64,000 nt of DNA, taken from NCBI GenBank assembly GCA_963771465.1, contig CAVYTU010000009.1, positions 224,001-288,000 on the forward strand, read 5' to 3'. Numbering within the stretch: the first letter of the stretch is position 1; each line of letters begins with the position of its first letter. Of the stretch, positions 43,021 to 51,726 are shown piece by piece. The stretch comes from an uncultured delta proteobacterium. GTDB lineage: Bacteria; Desulfobacterota; Binatia; UBA9968. The notes under the pieces are model-generated. The model was not told where the DNA came from, made no database searches, and saw nothing but the letters and a program-made list of their open reading frames with translations. Position numbers and translations under genes: made by a program.

Positions 43021-44150
43021 CGGCGATCGTGGAGCACATGATGCAACACGGCGCGCGCTGCCTCGGGATGACCGAGGGCGTGCATGTTAGCGCGCATGCG
43101 CGCGAGGCGCTCCGGGTGAGCCAACAATTGACCCAGCTTATACTCCAGCGCGACGGCGTCATGGGCTTTGAGCGCGACACCGTGTTCCATCAAGTAGTCG
43201 GCGTTGCGTTCCTCTTGTCCGGGAATGGGTGCGATCAATACCATCGGCAGCCCGACGGCGAGACATTCCGAAACGGTCAAGCCACCGGGTTTGGTAACGG
43301 CAAGATCGGCGCACGCCATCACCCGCTCGATGGTCGTGGTGAAACCCAACGGCAACAGCCGCTCCGGATAATCCCTTGCGATCGCCCGATAACTCGCCAA
43401 CAACTTGTTGTTGCGCCCAGCAAGGGCGACAATCTGAAAGTCCTGCGCCAGTCCGAGCAATTTCTCAATCAACGATTCGCTGCCGCCGATTCCCGCCCCG
43501 CCGGTCATCAACAGCAATGTCGTTTTGCCCGGCGCGATACCGAGCTCATTCGCGCATTTCCGGCGATCGAGCTTTTGGCTAAACACCGGCATGATCGGGA
43601 TGCCGGTCACGACGACGTTTTCTTTGGCAATACCGTGCGCGCGCATGCGAAACGCGATCTCGTCGCTCGCCGCGAAGTAGCCGCGCATGCCCGCTTGAAT
43701 CCACAGCCGATGCAGATCGAAGTCGGTGACCTGCACCCAGACCGGCGGCACGGCGCGGCCTCTGCGGATATCGTGCGCGAGTAACTCCGCGGGTAAAAAG
43801 TGGGTGCAGATAATGTGCTCCGGCGCGAAGTTTCGCGCGGCGTCGCGTAATGGGCGCGTGTTCAGCCGCTCAATCGCCCGGCGCATCTTGGCGAACAGCG
43901 CGTCACGCGGCATTTTATCCGAGGCATGATAAAGATAAGCCCACACCGCCGGATGGCGTTCGACGATCTTGAGGTAATAGTCGGCATAGAGCGCGCGAAA
44001 GCTCGATGGCACTAAAGTCATCACATCGAGATGCTCGACCGCAACATCGGCAAAGCTGATCGACGCCACGGCGCGCAAAGCCTCCGCCGCCCGCGTGTGA
44101 CCGGCTCCGGCGGACACGCTAAGAAGCAAAATACGCCGAGAGCGATTCAT
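43017..44150 (-). CDS. MGDG synthase family glycosyltransferase (GT28)
   Basis: SAGAGHTRAAEA, CTHFLP, TDF, TKPGGLT and PIPGQEERNA motifs. Confidence 0.92.
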   Translation of the reverse strand: MNRSRRILLLSVSAGAGHTRAAEALRAVASISFADVAVEHLDVMTLVPSSFRALYADYYLKIVERHPAVWAYLYHASDKMPRDALFAKMRRAIERLNTRPLRDAARNFAPEHIICTHFLPAELLAHDIRRGRAVPPVWVQVTDFDLHRLWIQAGMRGYFAASDEIAFRMRAHGIAKENVVVTGIPIMPVFSQKLDRRKCANELGIAPGKTTLLLMTGGAGIGGSESLIEKLLGLAQDFQIVALAGRNNKLLASYRAIARDYPERLLPLGFTTTIERVMACADLAVTKPGGLTVSECLAVGLPMVLIAPIPGQEERNADYLMEHGVALKAHDAVALEYKLGQLLAHPERLARMRANMHALGHPEAARAVLHHVLHDRR

Positions 44151-44230
44151 CGAGAATTTTAAAGCCCACGAGAGTCGTAAAGGGTTTTGGCTAAACGGTT
44201 GGCTGATCGTGGCATCATCGAACGGGCACA

Positions 44231-45307
44231 TCAGCGCTTCTTGTCCTCGGGCAGAGCGCCAGCCCACAGCTCTTTCATAAAGCCGCTCTTTTCCAAATGC
44301 TCGACGAACGTGTTGTCGAACACTTCAGCCGGCTTACGCCGGATCGCCGTGCCGTCTTCGCGCGCGAGGTCAATCGTCTCGGCGACCATCTTTGCCGGTA
44401 CGATCATGCGCCGGTTGATCAAGCGCTTGGCATAGGCATCGTACGCGGACTGCAGTGTATCGGCCTCATTGATTCGTAGCGTTTTCCCCACCGAAGCCAT
44501 GCCCAGTTCGGGATTTTTCTCGACCAGGTAAATCGACTCGGCCAGCGCCGCCACCACTTTTTGGATCAGCGCCGGCTTTTCTTTGAAGGTCTTGGCGTTG
44601 GTGAACAGCGAACTGTAAATAAACGGAAAGCCAAGATCATTGAGGCTGTAAATGACGTTGAAGCCGTCTTTCTTGCCGCGCGCGTCGAGGGGCGGTTGAA
44701 TCAACGTGGCTTGAAAGACATCCTGCACCAGCGCAGTGTAGCGCTCCGTCGGCGTGCCACCCACCGTGGCGAGAGTCACTTCCTTTTCGCTGAGATTGTG
44801 TTTTTTGAGAAACGCCTTGGCGAGCTTATAGGGAAAGTCGCCGGGCCGGGTCACACCGATGCTTTTCCCTTTCAGATCCGCCGGACGTTTGATGTCCTTG
44901 CGCGCCAACACAACATAGGGCAGTCCGACCAGCGGCGAAGCGATCAGCTTGCCGTCCATGCCGGTGGCGATGCGCACGATGTTCGCGTCGGCATTGCAGT
45001 AGAGAAAACTAATTTCATCGGCGGCCAACGCTGCGGCCGCGACCGCGCCGCCGCGCACCACGACATGCTCGGCATGGACGCCGTATTTGTCGAACAGTTT
45101 GTTATCGAGGGCGGCGTATAAATGAATAAAGCCGCCGGTCACCGCGCAGGTGCCAATGCGCACTCGCACCGCCGGCTCGCCCGGCTTGGCGAGGTAAGGA
45201 TTGGCATGAGTTATCGCGACGAATAGCGCGCCTATCATTACCTGCAGGCAAATATTGAAAAGATACTTTACGATATCGGCAGCGAGTATCGCCATGTAAA
45301 ACTCCAC
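44231..45307 (-). CDS. NMT1/THI5-like ABC substrate-binding protein
   Basis: LFDKYGV and ADLKGKSIGVTR motifs; C-terminal LEKSGFMKEL. Confidence 0.85.
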   Translation of the reverse strand: MEFYMAILAADIVKYLFNICLQVMIGALFVAITHANPYLAKPGEPAVRVRIGTCAVTGGFIHLYAALDNKLFDKYGVHAEHVVVRGGAVAAAALAADEISFLYCNADANIVRIATGMDGKLIASPLVGLPYVVLARKDIKRPADLKGKSIGVTRPGDFPYKLAKAFLKKHNLSEKEVTLATVGGTPTERYTALVQDVFQATLIQPPLDARGKKDGFNVIYSLNDLGFPFIYSSLFTNAKTFKEKPALIQKVVAALAESIYLVEKNPELGMASVGKTLRINEADTLQSAYDAYAKRLINRRMIVPAKMVAETIDLAREDGTAIRRKPAEVFDNTFVEHLEKSGFMKELWAGALPEDKKR

Positions 45308-45330
45308 AAGCGTCAGGCACTAATAGATGC

Positions 45331-46521
45331 CTAACGGCGCGTCAGTTTTATCGACAGTGCCTGGTGATCGCCAATCATGTTGTAAACACCGGTCATTGTC
45401 CGGCTACTTTCATCAATAGTCGCTGTCAACGTGGCCGTACCAATAGCTATTTCGTCCGGTCCGGTGACCAAATTCATGAGTAGATTTAGCTCACGTCCGT
45501 TTAGCGCACCTGTTCCCTTCAACCGGCTGATCGTCACGATTGGCCCTTTAGTCGCCGCTGCGATCTTATTCATCGCTTTAATACTCGGATGATCCGCGGC
45601 TTGAAAACGCTCGGTCGTGGCTTTTACATTGATGCCGGCTTGCGTAATGGTGAAAGGTAACCACGGACCTTGTCCAACGACCTCGACATTCCACACGCCA
45701 TTCAAATCGATGCTGGCGGGCGCTGCGGCTGTCGTTAACGAGGTTGCCGAGTTAAGTTCCACTCCGCGCGCCAAGAAGTGCAACACCTGCCAACTGCAAA
45801 GCAACATCAAAACCAACGCAGATACCCTAACGCTGCGCGTAGCGCTTTTGAGCATGCGCCATGCATACCAGCATATCCCCAGTGGCATAAGTCCGACCAC
45901 GGTGGCCCCAATATAGTCGTCGCTAGAAAAAGTACCGTCATTTATGGCGATCAACTCTAATCCCAAAAGCACCAGGAACGCTGCCACCGCTACCGACAGC
46001 CAGCGCCTAACGCGAACCTGCGGTGGTGCGCCAAACGTCGAACGCCAGTCGGGGTCTCGGACTTTGAAGCCAAAGCGAATCAAATCATCGACCAAACGCG
46101 GCAGATCGTAACTCCAGTCTTCACTACGCAGTTTGAGGGCATGACGTGACGTCAGTGGCCGCAAGCCCTCTGGCAATGATTCCGCTGCTGGCATATTCAC
46201 GCTCTCGACCAATAGAGGAATGATTTGAGCGCCGGATTCGAGTGCAGTTAATAATTCGTCCCGCACGGGGTCATCAAGGCGTTCAATGCGCCGGTCCGCA
46301 CCCACGAGCGCGCCGAAATAATCTGGAGTGATGAGTGCCAGCACGACGGGCTTACTGCCCAGGGCAGCCACTATCTCGTCGTGCCAGGACGATCCACCCT
46401 TCAAGTCCTGTTTGTCCAAAAATACCTGATTGTCGCCGAACACACGGTTCAAATCGACGGCAAGCCGATTGGCATCCTTGCGGCCGTCGGAGTTGCGATA
46501 ACTAATGAAAATACGTTTCAT
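45331..46521 (-). CDS. TIR domain protein with 3 TM helices and a beta-rich C-terminal domain
   Basis: RIFISYRNSD, VFLDKQDLKGG, DDPVRDEL and IIPLLV motifs; three hydrophobic helices; IDLNGVW. Confidence 0.85.
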   Translation of the reverse strand: MKRIFISYRNSDGRKDANRLAVDLNRVFGDNQVFLDKQDLKGGSSWHDEIVAALGSKPVVLALITPDYFGALVGADRRIERLDDPVRDELLTALESGAQIIPLLVESVNMPAAESLPEGLRPLTSRHALKLRSEDWSYDLPRLVDDLIRFGFKVRDPDWRSTFGAPPQVRVRRWLSVAVAAFLVLLGLELIAINDGTFSSDDYIGATVVGLMPLGICWYAWRMLKSATRSVRVSALVLMLLCSWQVLHFLARGVELNSATSLTTAAAPASIDLNGVWNVEVVGQGPWLPFTITQAGINVKATTERFQAADHPSIKAMNKIAAATKGPIVTISRLKGTGALNGRELNLLMNLVTGPDEIAIGTATLTATIDESSRTMTGVYNMIGDHQALSIKLTRR

Positions 46522-46744
46522 CGATCCCAATCACGACCCACTACAGACAATCATTGAAACTGTAACTCAAAAAAACTTTCTTAGGTCCCACAGACAGCAC
46601 CCTAGGCGTTAATTACCCGATATCGGACTCACTCAGCGAGGGCATTCTTGCACTTCGGAGCGATCATGAGTGACCCGCGTTAACGGCTCTCGCTGCCGGC
46701 GGCGGTCAACTTCGAATTGAAAGATCGCGCGACCGAACAACTCG

Positions 46745-47818
46745 CTAATTGCCGCGCCGCGGCAAAATCTCCTTCAGCATTTCCCGTGCCTTCAGTATGG
46801 CCGTTTTCGTAGTCGACCAATCGATGCACGGGTCGGTGATCGAGCAGCCGTATTTGAGTTTTGCTAAGTCGTCGGGGATCGGCTGGTTGCCGCCTTCGAT
46901 ATTACTTTCGATCATCAAGCCGACGATGGACGTATTGCCGTCGCGGATTTGGTGCACGCAGTCCGCCAGCACCAAAGGTTGCACGTAAGGATCTTTTGCC
47001 GAGTTGGCGTGTGAACAGTCGACGACAATGTTCGGTGCGAACTTGGCGTTGGTCAGCGCTTTCTCGGCCAACGCGATGCTCACCGTGTCATAGTTGGGAT
47101 GGCCATCGCCGCCACGCAGCACGAGATGGCCATAACGATTGCCACGGGTGCGCACGATCGACGAGCGCCCTTGAGCGCTGATACCGAGAAAACTATGGGA
47201 ATGCGCGGCGGATTTGATACCGTTGATCGCCGCGTCGATGTTGCCATCGGTGCCGTTTTTAAATCCCACCGGCGTCGATAGTCCGGACGCCATCTCGCGG
47301 TGCGTCTGCGACTCCGAAGTGCGCGCGCCGATCGCCGTCCAAGATATCAGGTCGCCCAAATATTGCGGCGTGATCGGGTCGAGCGCTTCGGTTGCCGTCG
47401 GCAGACCGATCTCGGTCACGCTCAGCAAAAACCGGCGCGCCTTCTCAATGCCCTCCTCAATGTGGAAAGAATCATCCATGCGCGGATCGTTGATGAAGCC
47501 CTTCCACCCGACCGAGGTGCGCGGCTTCTCGAAATAGACCCGCATGACTAAATATAGAGTGTCGCGCACTTCTTCGGCGAGCCGGGTCAGCCGCTGGGCA
47601 TAATCGTACCCGGCAATCGAATCGTGGATCGAGCAGGGACCAACGACGAGGAAGACGCGCGGGTCCAGGCGGTCGAGAATCCGTTGGATAGTGGCGCGGC
47701 CTTCGAAGACGGTTTCCGCCGCTTGATTTGAAATCGGCACACGCGTGTGAATTTCTTCCGGCGACGGCATCACATCCAGCGCCGCGATATTCAAGTTTTC
47801 TAATGGACGGTAGGCCAT
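46745..47818 (-). CDS. aroG: 3-deoxy-7-phosphoheptulonate (DAHP) synthase, class I-alpha (AroF/G/H type)
   Basis: GPCSIHD, EKPRT, IGARTSESQTHR, DCSHANS and SITDPC motifs. Confidence 0.93.
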   Translation of the reverse strand: MAYRPLENLNIAALDVMPSPEEIHTRVPISNQAAETVFEGRATIQRILDRLDPRVFLVVGPCSIHDSIAGYDYAQRLTRLAEEVRDTLYLVMRVYFEKPRTSVGWKGFINDPRMDDSFHIEEGIEKARRFLLSVTEIGLPTATEALDPITPQYLGDLISWTAIGARTSESQTHREMASGLSTPVGFKNGTDGNIDAAINGIKSAAHSHSFLGISAQGRSSIVRTRGNRYGHLVLRGGDGHPNYDTVSIALAEKALTNAKFAPNIVVDCSHANSAKDPYVQPLVLADCVHQIRDGNTSIVGLMIESNIEGGNQPIPDDLAKLKYGCSITDPCIDWSTTKTAILKAREMLKEILPRRGN

Positions 47819-48123
47819 ATACTCCCTGTTTCGATCGAGAAAATCTCCCACAGCCGTCGCACGACTGGATTATAACATGCGGAGCATGAGGTCGGAATCG
47901 CAATAGCCAGGGCTAACAAAATGGCGTCCTAGGCGAACGAACTGCTGACGGCGCCGTAAAGTAATGGGCGATTGATCGGGCGAGTTGGGCGTTGGCGCTT
48001 CTCTTGGCTCGTGAACCACCAGTGCCATGCTAATCCCTCTTTTGATTCGGGACTTTTTTGTTTGGTCGTCGCCGCTGCCGGCATTCATGCGACTTAGGCG
48101 AGCCTACCGGCCGCGGGCGACGC

Positions 48124-50157
48124 CTACATTTGATCAGCCTTATGATAGACCAGTGGAAAGCGCACCAGCTTGATGATCGCTTCGAGATTCTTAAGCGACA
48201 CTTGTTTAGCCTTCCACTCGGCGTCGACTTGAAACTCCAAAGGCAAGTCTTTGACGTTTTGTTCCAACACGAAAGCAAACACCTGAAGCTTTTTGTTCTT
48301 CACGGCGCACACGACTTTCCAGAAACGGGTCGGCAGCATAACCCTTTCAGTGCCGGGAAAAATCTTGTCATCGGCAGCCAACACCGGACCGGCGAAAAGG
48401 CACAGGCGCTCGTCGTCGGTCTGGGCACCGATAAAATTTTCCAGCTTGCCCCAAATGCCGCCCTTGCCCGACTGATTGAAGTTGCCGCGTTGGGGCGAGC
48501 AGTTGGTCACGTGATAGGTATCGCCGTTGGCACGCTGCACCTGCGCGTAGGTCATGCCGAAGCAGACGTCCTCGCGGCGCGCGATATGGCCTTTGTCGAA
48601 AGCGCCGTTATCCTTGGTATAGAAGCGGTCGGGGATTTGGAACTGCGCATCCACACGCGGATCGAGCACCCACTTCTCTAGGTCATTTGCCTTTAGACCG
48701 GTCAGCGCGTCCCGGTTATAAATCTTACCTGCCTCCGGCCGCCTCGCTTTCGGGCTGCCATCGACATTTGCCGCGGTGAAGATTGCCAGTCGGCGTTCCT
48801 TGTGGAGCACCACACTGAAGTGTTCGTAGGGAATGATTTTGCGGCCATCTTTCATCGGCGCAATCAGCTTGCTGTTAAGAACTTTCGGCAACGGCGTGGA
48901 AATGCCGAGAAACTTGCCATCGAAGCCGGTGCGCGAGCTGTAGTCGGTGTCGATGATCGGTTCTTTGAGCGCTTCGGCTTCACCGCTGGTTTGATCGGCA
49001 ATCAAACGGCTATCGCCCGCGCCAAGTGGCCAGCCTAATCGGCCGCTACGCACAGCGCTATCAAGCTCAAGCACTAAGGTGCCCAAAACAATTCGATTGC
49101 CGGAATGGCTTAGGCTGTCTGCCATCGTGATCACCTCCCGTGATGGAACTTTTTCGAAAGCATTGGTAAGAACGTCGCCGCCCTGCATCGCCGCTTTGAA
49201 CTCGGCGAGATAGCCATTATTTTCGCCAGCTTTTTGCAATATACAGGCAGCGATACGGCTGATCCGCACCCCGGCATTGGCGATCCAGTCGACCTCGGAG
49301 TCATCGACATCGCGCAGCGAGCTCACCGTTTTACCGTTCTTAAGCAGGTATTGGCTGCGCCCGTCGCGGCGCGCCACGCCAGCGTGATGCAGCGCGACGA
49401 CCTGAAAACTATCGTTCAGCACCGGCGCGCCGCTCGAACCTTGCGCCGTGTCACTCATGTACCAAATCACGTCGGGGTCGCGGTCCTCGATGCACTGATT
49501 TTCCCGGATCGCGAATTGGCGGCGCGCGCCGATCGGATGTTGAATGATCGTCATCCATTCCTTAACCAGGCTTTTGCCGCTTGCAACGATCACGCGATGG
49601 TAGCCAAAGCTCTTTAGCTCGACGTCGTGGTCGGTCGCCCGAGGCTCGACCGCGACAATAGCGAAGTCCAAGGACTCGTCATTGAAAAAATATTCGCTCG
49701 GGCGCAGGCGGAAACGATACGACGGCTCGGGCCGGCCGGCGATATCGTAACGGTAGTTGAACTCGGCGATGGAGGGTTCGGCTTCCTCCGGCGAGCCGAA
49801 GACATGCTCGTTGGTGAGCAGCAAGCGCGGTGAAATCATGAATCCGGTCGCAGTGCCGCGCTCGTGGCCCGACGACGAACGAATACTGATGCGGCAAACC
49901 GGTTGCGCAGCCAGTAGCGCGCGCTCTAAATAAAACTCGTCGACCAGATCGTCGTTGCCCATCAGCCGTTCGAGTTCGGTGGCCGTCGGTTTTGCGCCGC
50001 CGACGCTAAGAAAGCTCGCCCGCCGCGCCAGCAGCGCCGGTTCGGTAGGTTGCTCGCGATAGCGCGCGTAATCGAGTGTGCGCCGGGTTAGCGCCGCTTT
50101 GGGAAGTTCCTTCGCCCGCCGCAGCGTCGCGGCCATCACCTTTTGAGAAATGTTCAT
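48124..50157 (-). CDS. Trypsin-like serine protease fused to a DNA/RNA non-specific endonuclease
   Basis: Catalytic triad motifs TNEHV, LDFA and GSSGAP; nuclease motifs DKGH, TNCSPQ...FNQ and WGKLE. Confidence 0.9.
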   Translation of the reverse strand: MNISQKVMAATLRRAKELPKAALTRRTLDYARYREQPTEPALLARRASFLSVGGAKPTATELERLMGNDDLVDEFYLERALLAAQPVCRISIRSSSGHERGTATGFMISPRLLLTNEHVFGSPEEAEPSIAEFNYRYDIAGRPEPSYRFRLRPSEYFFNDESLDFAIVAVEPRATDHDVELKSFGYHRVIVASGKSLVKEWMTIIQHPIGARRQFAIRENQCIEDRDPDVIWYMSDTAQGSSGAPVLNDSFQVVALHHAGVARRDGRSQYLLKNGKTVSSLRDVDDSEVDWIANAGVRISRIAACILQKAGENNGYLAEFKAAMQGGDVLTNAFEKVPSREVITMADSLSHSGNRIVLGTLVLELDSAVRSGRLGWPLGAGDSRLIADQTSGEAEALKEPIIDTDYSSRTGFDGKFLGISTPLPKVLNSKLIAPMKDGRKIIPYEHFSVVLHKERRLAIFTAANVDGSPKARRPEAGKIYNRDALTGLKANDLEKWVLDPRVDAQFQIPDRFYTKDNGAFDKGHIARREDVCFGMTYAQVQRANGDTYHVTNCSPQRGNFNQSGKGGIWGKLENFIGAQTDDERLCLFAGPVLAADDKIFPGTERVMLPTRFWKVVCAVKNKKLQVFAFVLEQNVKDLPLEFQVDAEWKAKQVSLKNLEAIIKLVRFPLVYHKADQM

Positions 50158-50392
50158 GGATTACTTTCCTCGCGGCGCCGAGCTCGATTTCCGCGGCGCG
50201 TTGCTGATTATAGCAAATTATCCGATCCACCCATAAGTGAAATCGTGCGGCGCGTTGGCATAACGACGTAAAGTTGCGACCGGATTGCACAGTCGGAATA
50301 ACTGCGTGGGCCGGAGTGAGACGCGAACCTGGAATAGAGTAGACAGCCAAGACTACAGCGGCAAAGTCAATTTGACTGGCCGGCAACGACCG

Positions 50393-51442
50393 TTAGATTT
50401 CGTAATGCTTGACGATATCGGGATAGATTCGCGGCAGATCGTTTTCCTGCCACGGCGTGCCGGCGAGCTTTTTACTCTTAGCGGTAATCGGCGCCATGGC
50501 TTTGCCAGATCTCGCTTCGTAAGCGGTTGGCGCGGCAAAAAGCAACTCAGCCGCATGGGTGCTCAAACCGCGCGGCACCTTGCGCAGAATCTTGTGCATA
50601 TCTTTGAGCGCCGATTCGAACAGCCGGCGTCCCTGCAAAATCAACCAGGCGCAAAACTCTTCGAAGGCGTCATCCGAGCACCCGCCTTGGGCGACATAAG
50701 CCAAAGCCCATAGATCCCAACGATAGGCGAGCGCGAATTTGTCGAGCAGAATTTTTTGAAACCGTCTGATTTCTTCGGCTTTGAAGGCCTGCAATTGCTC
50801 GGTTAGCGCTTCGACGTGCTCAGCCGTGGACCGATTAGTTTGGCGGCCGGCTTCAATGATCGACCAAAATAACTCATCATCCATTTTTCTTCGATCGGCA
50901 GGAGTTGCGATCTGTCTGTGCTGTTCGCGTTCGAGCAGCGCGATCTCCTCGTTGAGCTTGCTGCTGCCCGGCGCGTCGCCCAGCTCCGCCAAGAGATCGT
51001 GCAGCGTTCTCATGCTGGCTAAAGCATTGGCCTTCGCTCGGGCGATGCTTGCTGGCTTCAACCCAGGAGCTTTACCGCGAGCGCCGGCTAAAATCCAAAA
51101 GTTATTTTTTTGTTTGGCGATGACACCGCGCCAAAGTCGGATTAGCTGTGCACGCTTTTTTTCCCGCCGCAGCGTTTCAGTGAGCCGCTTGAGCATGGGA
51201 TTGTCGCTGCCGACCTCCCAGTTAAAGCCGCAAAGATAGTCAACCAGCTGGCGGTACTTTTTCTGCTCGAGATAGGCGTCGAAGACGGTCTGCTGCGCGT
51301 TATCGTAGCCGCGAACCACGGAAAAGCGGCCTGCATCACCGAGGTCGAGAATATCAGGCTTGCCGTGTCGTTCGAGATATTTCTCGATGTCGCGGTCGAC
51401 ATCTTTAAACGAGAGTTTGAGAGATTGTTTTGGCTTGGCCAC
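50393..51442 (-). CDS. DUF4240 domain protein with an N-terminal extension
   Basis: MDDELFWSIIE...LWALAY..GGCSDDAFEEFCAWLILQG. Confidence 0.85.
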   Translation of the reverse strand: MAKPKQSLKLSFKDVDRDIEKYLERHGKPDILDLGDAGRFSVVRGYDNAQQTVFDAYLEQKKYRQLVDYLCGFNWEVGSDNPMLKRLTETLRREKKRAQLIRLWRGVIAKQKNNFWILAGARGKAPGLKPASIARAKANALASMRTLHDLLAELGDAPGSSKLNEEIALLEREQHRQIATPADRRKMDDELFWSIIEAGRQTNRSTAEHVEALTEQLQAFKAEEIRRFQKILLDKFALAYRWDLWALAYVAQGGCSDDAFEEFCAWLILQGRRLFESALKDMHKILRKVPRGLSTHAAELLFAAPTAYEARSGKAMAPITAKSKKLAGTPWQENDLPRIYPDIVKHYEI

Positions 51443-51443
51443 T

Positions 51444-51570
51444 TTATCCTTGACCTGGCGGCGTTCGTTGTTGCGCGACCTGCTTGATTTCTTTTTTAAT
51501 CCCCGAGTGAGCGTGGAGCAAGCGGCGGAAGTCGGCGGCTTCCAAGGCCAACCGTTGGCAGTCGGACTTA
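51444..51570 (-). pseudogene. Possible C-terminal remnant of a cyclic nucleotide-binding domain
   Basis: SDCQRLALEAADFRRLL...IKKEIKQVAQQR resembles the terminal helices of cNMP-binding domains. Confidence 0.4.
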
Positions 51571-51726
51571 CTCGAACGGAATCTCGCGAGAAATAGATTA
51601 TTGGCGTCCTTCGGGCACTGACGCAGCTTCGTCCGGTCGAGACTCATAGAGTTGACGTCCTTTTATTTGTTCTTGCCGCCAAATTCGCCCATCAATGCCT
51701 TGGGCACAATCGTTGGAAGTAAACAT

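Noticed and set aside
35414-46521. Thoeris, CBASS or Pycsar assignment for the TIR genes
   Set aside because: No SIR2/Macro effector, cyclase or STING/cNMP receptor is adjacent
46607-46685. attC-like palindrome upstream of the third TIR gene (CGTTAAC...ATTAACG, tcactca/tgagtga stem)
   Set aside because: L'-R' spacing is too long for a canonical attC and the site is isolated
47870-48030. Small ORF upstream of the DAHP synthase as an attenuator leader peptide
   Set aside because: Not enriched in aromatic codons, and no terminator/antiterminator structure seen
50320-50398. ATCTAAC overlapping the DUF4240 stop codon as a possible attC R''
   Set aside because: No convincing paired L boxes or R' at the right spacing
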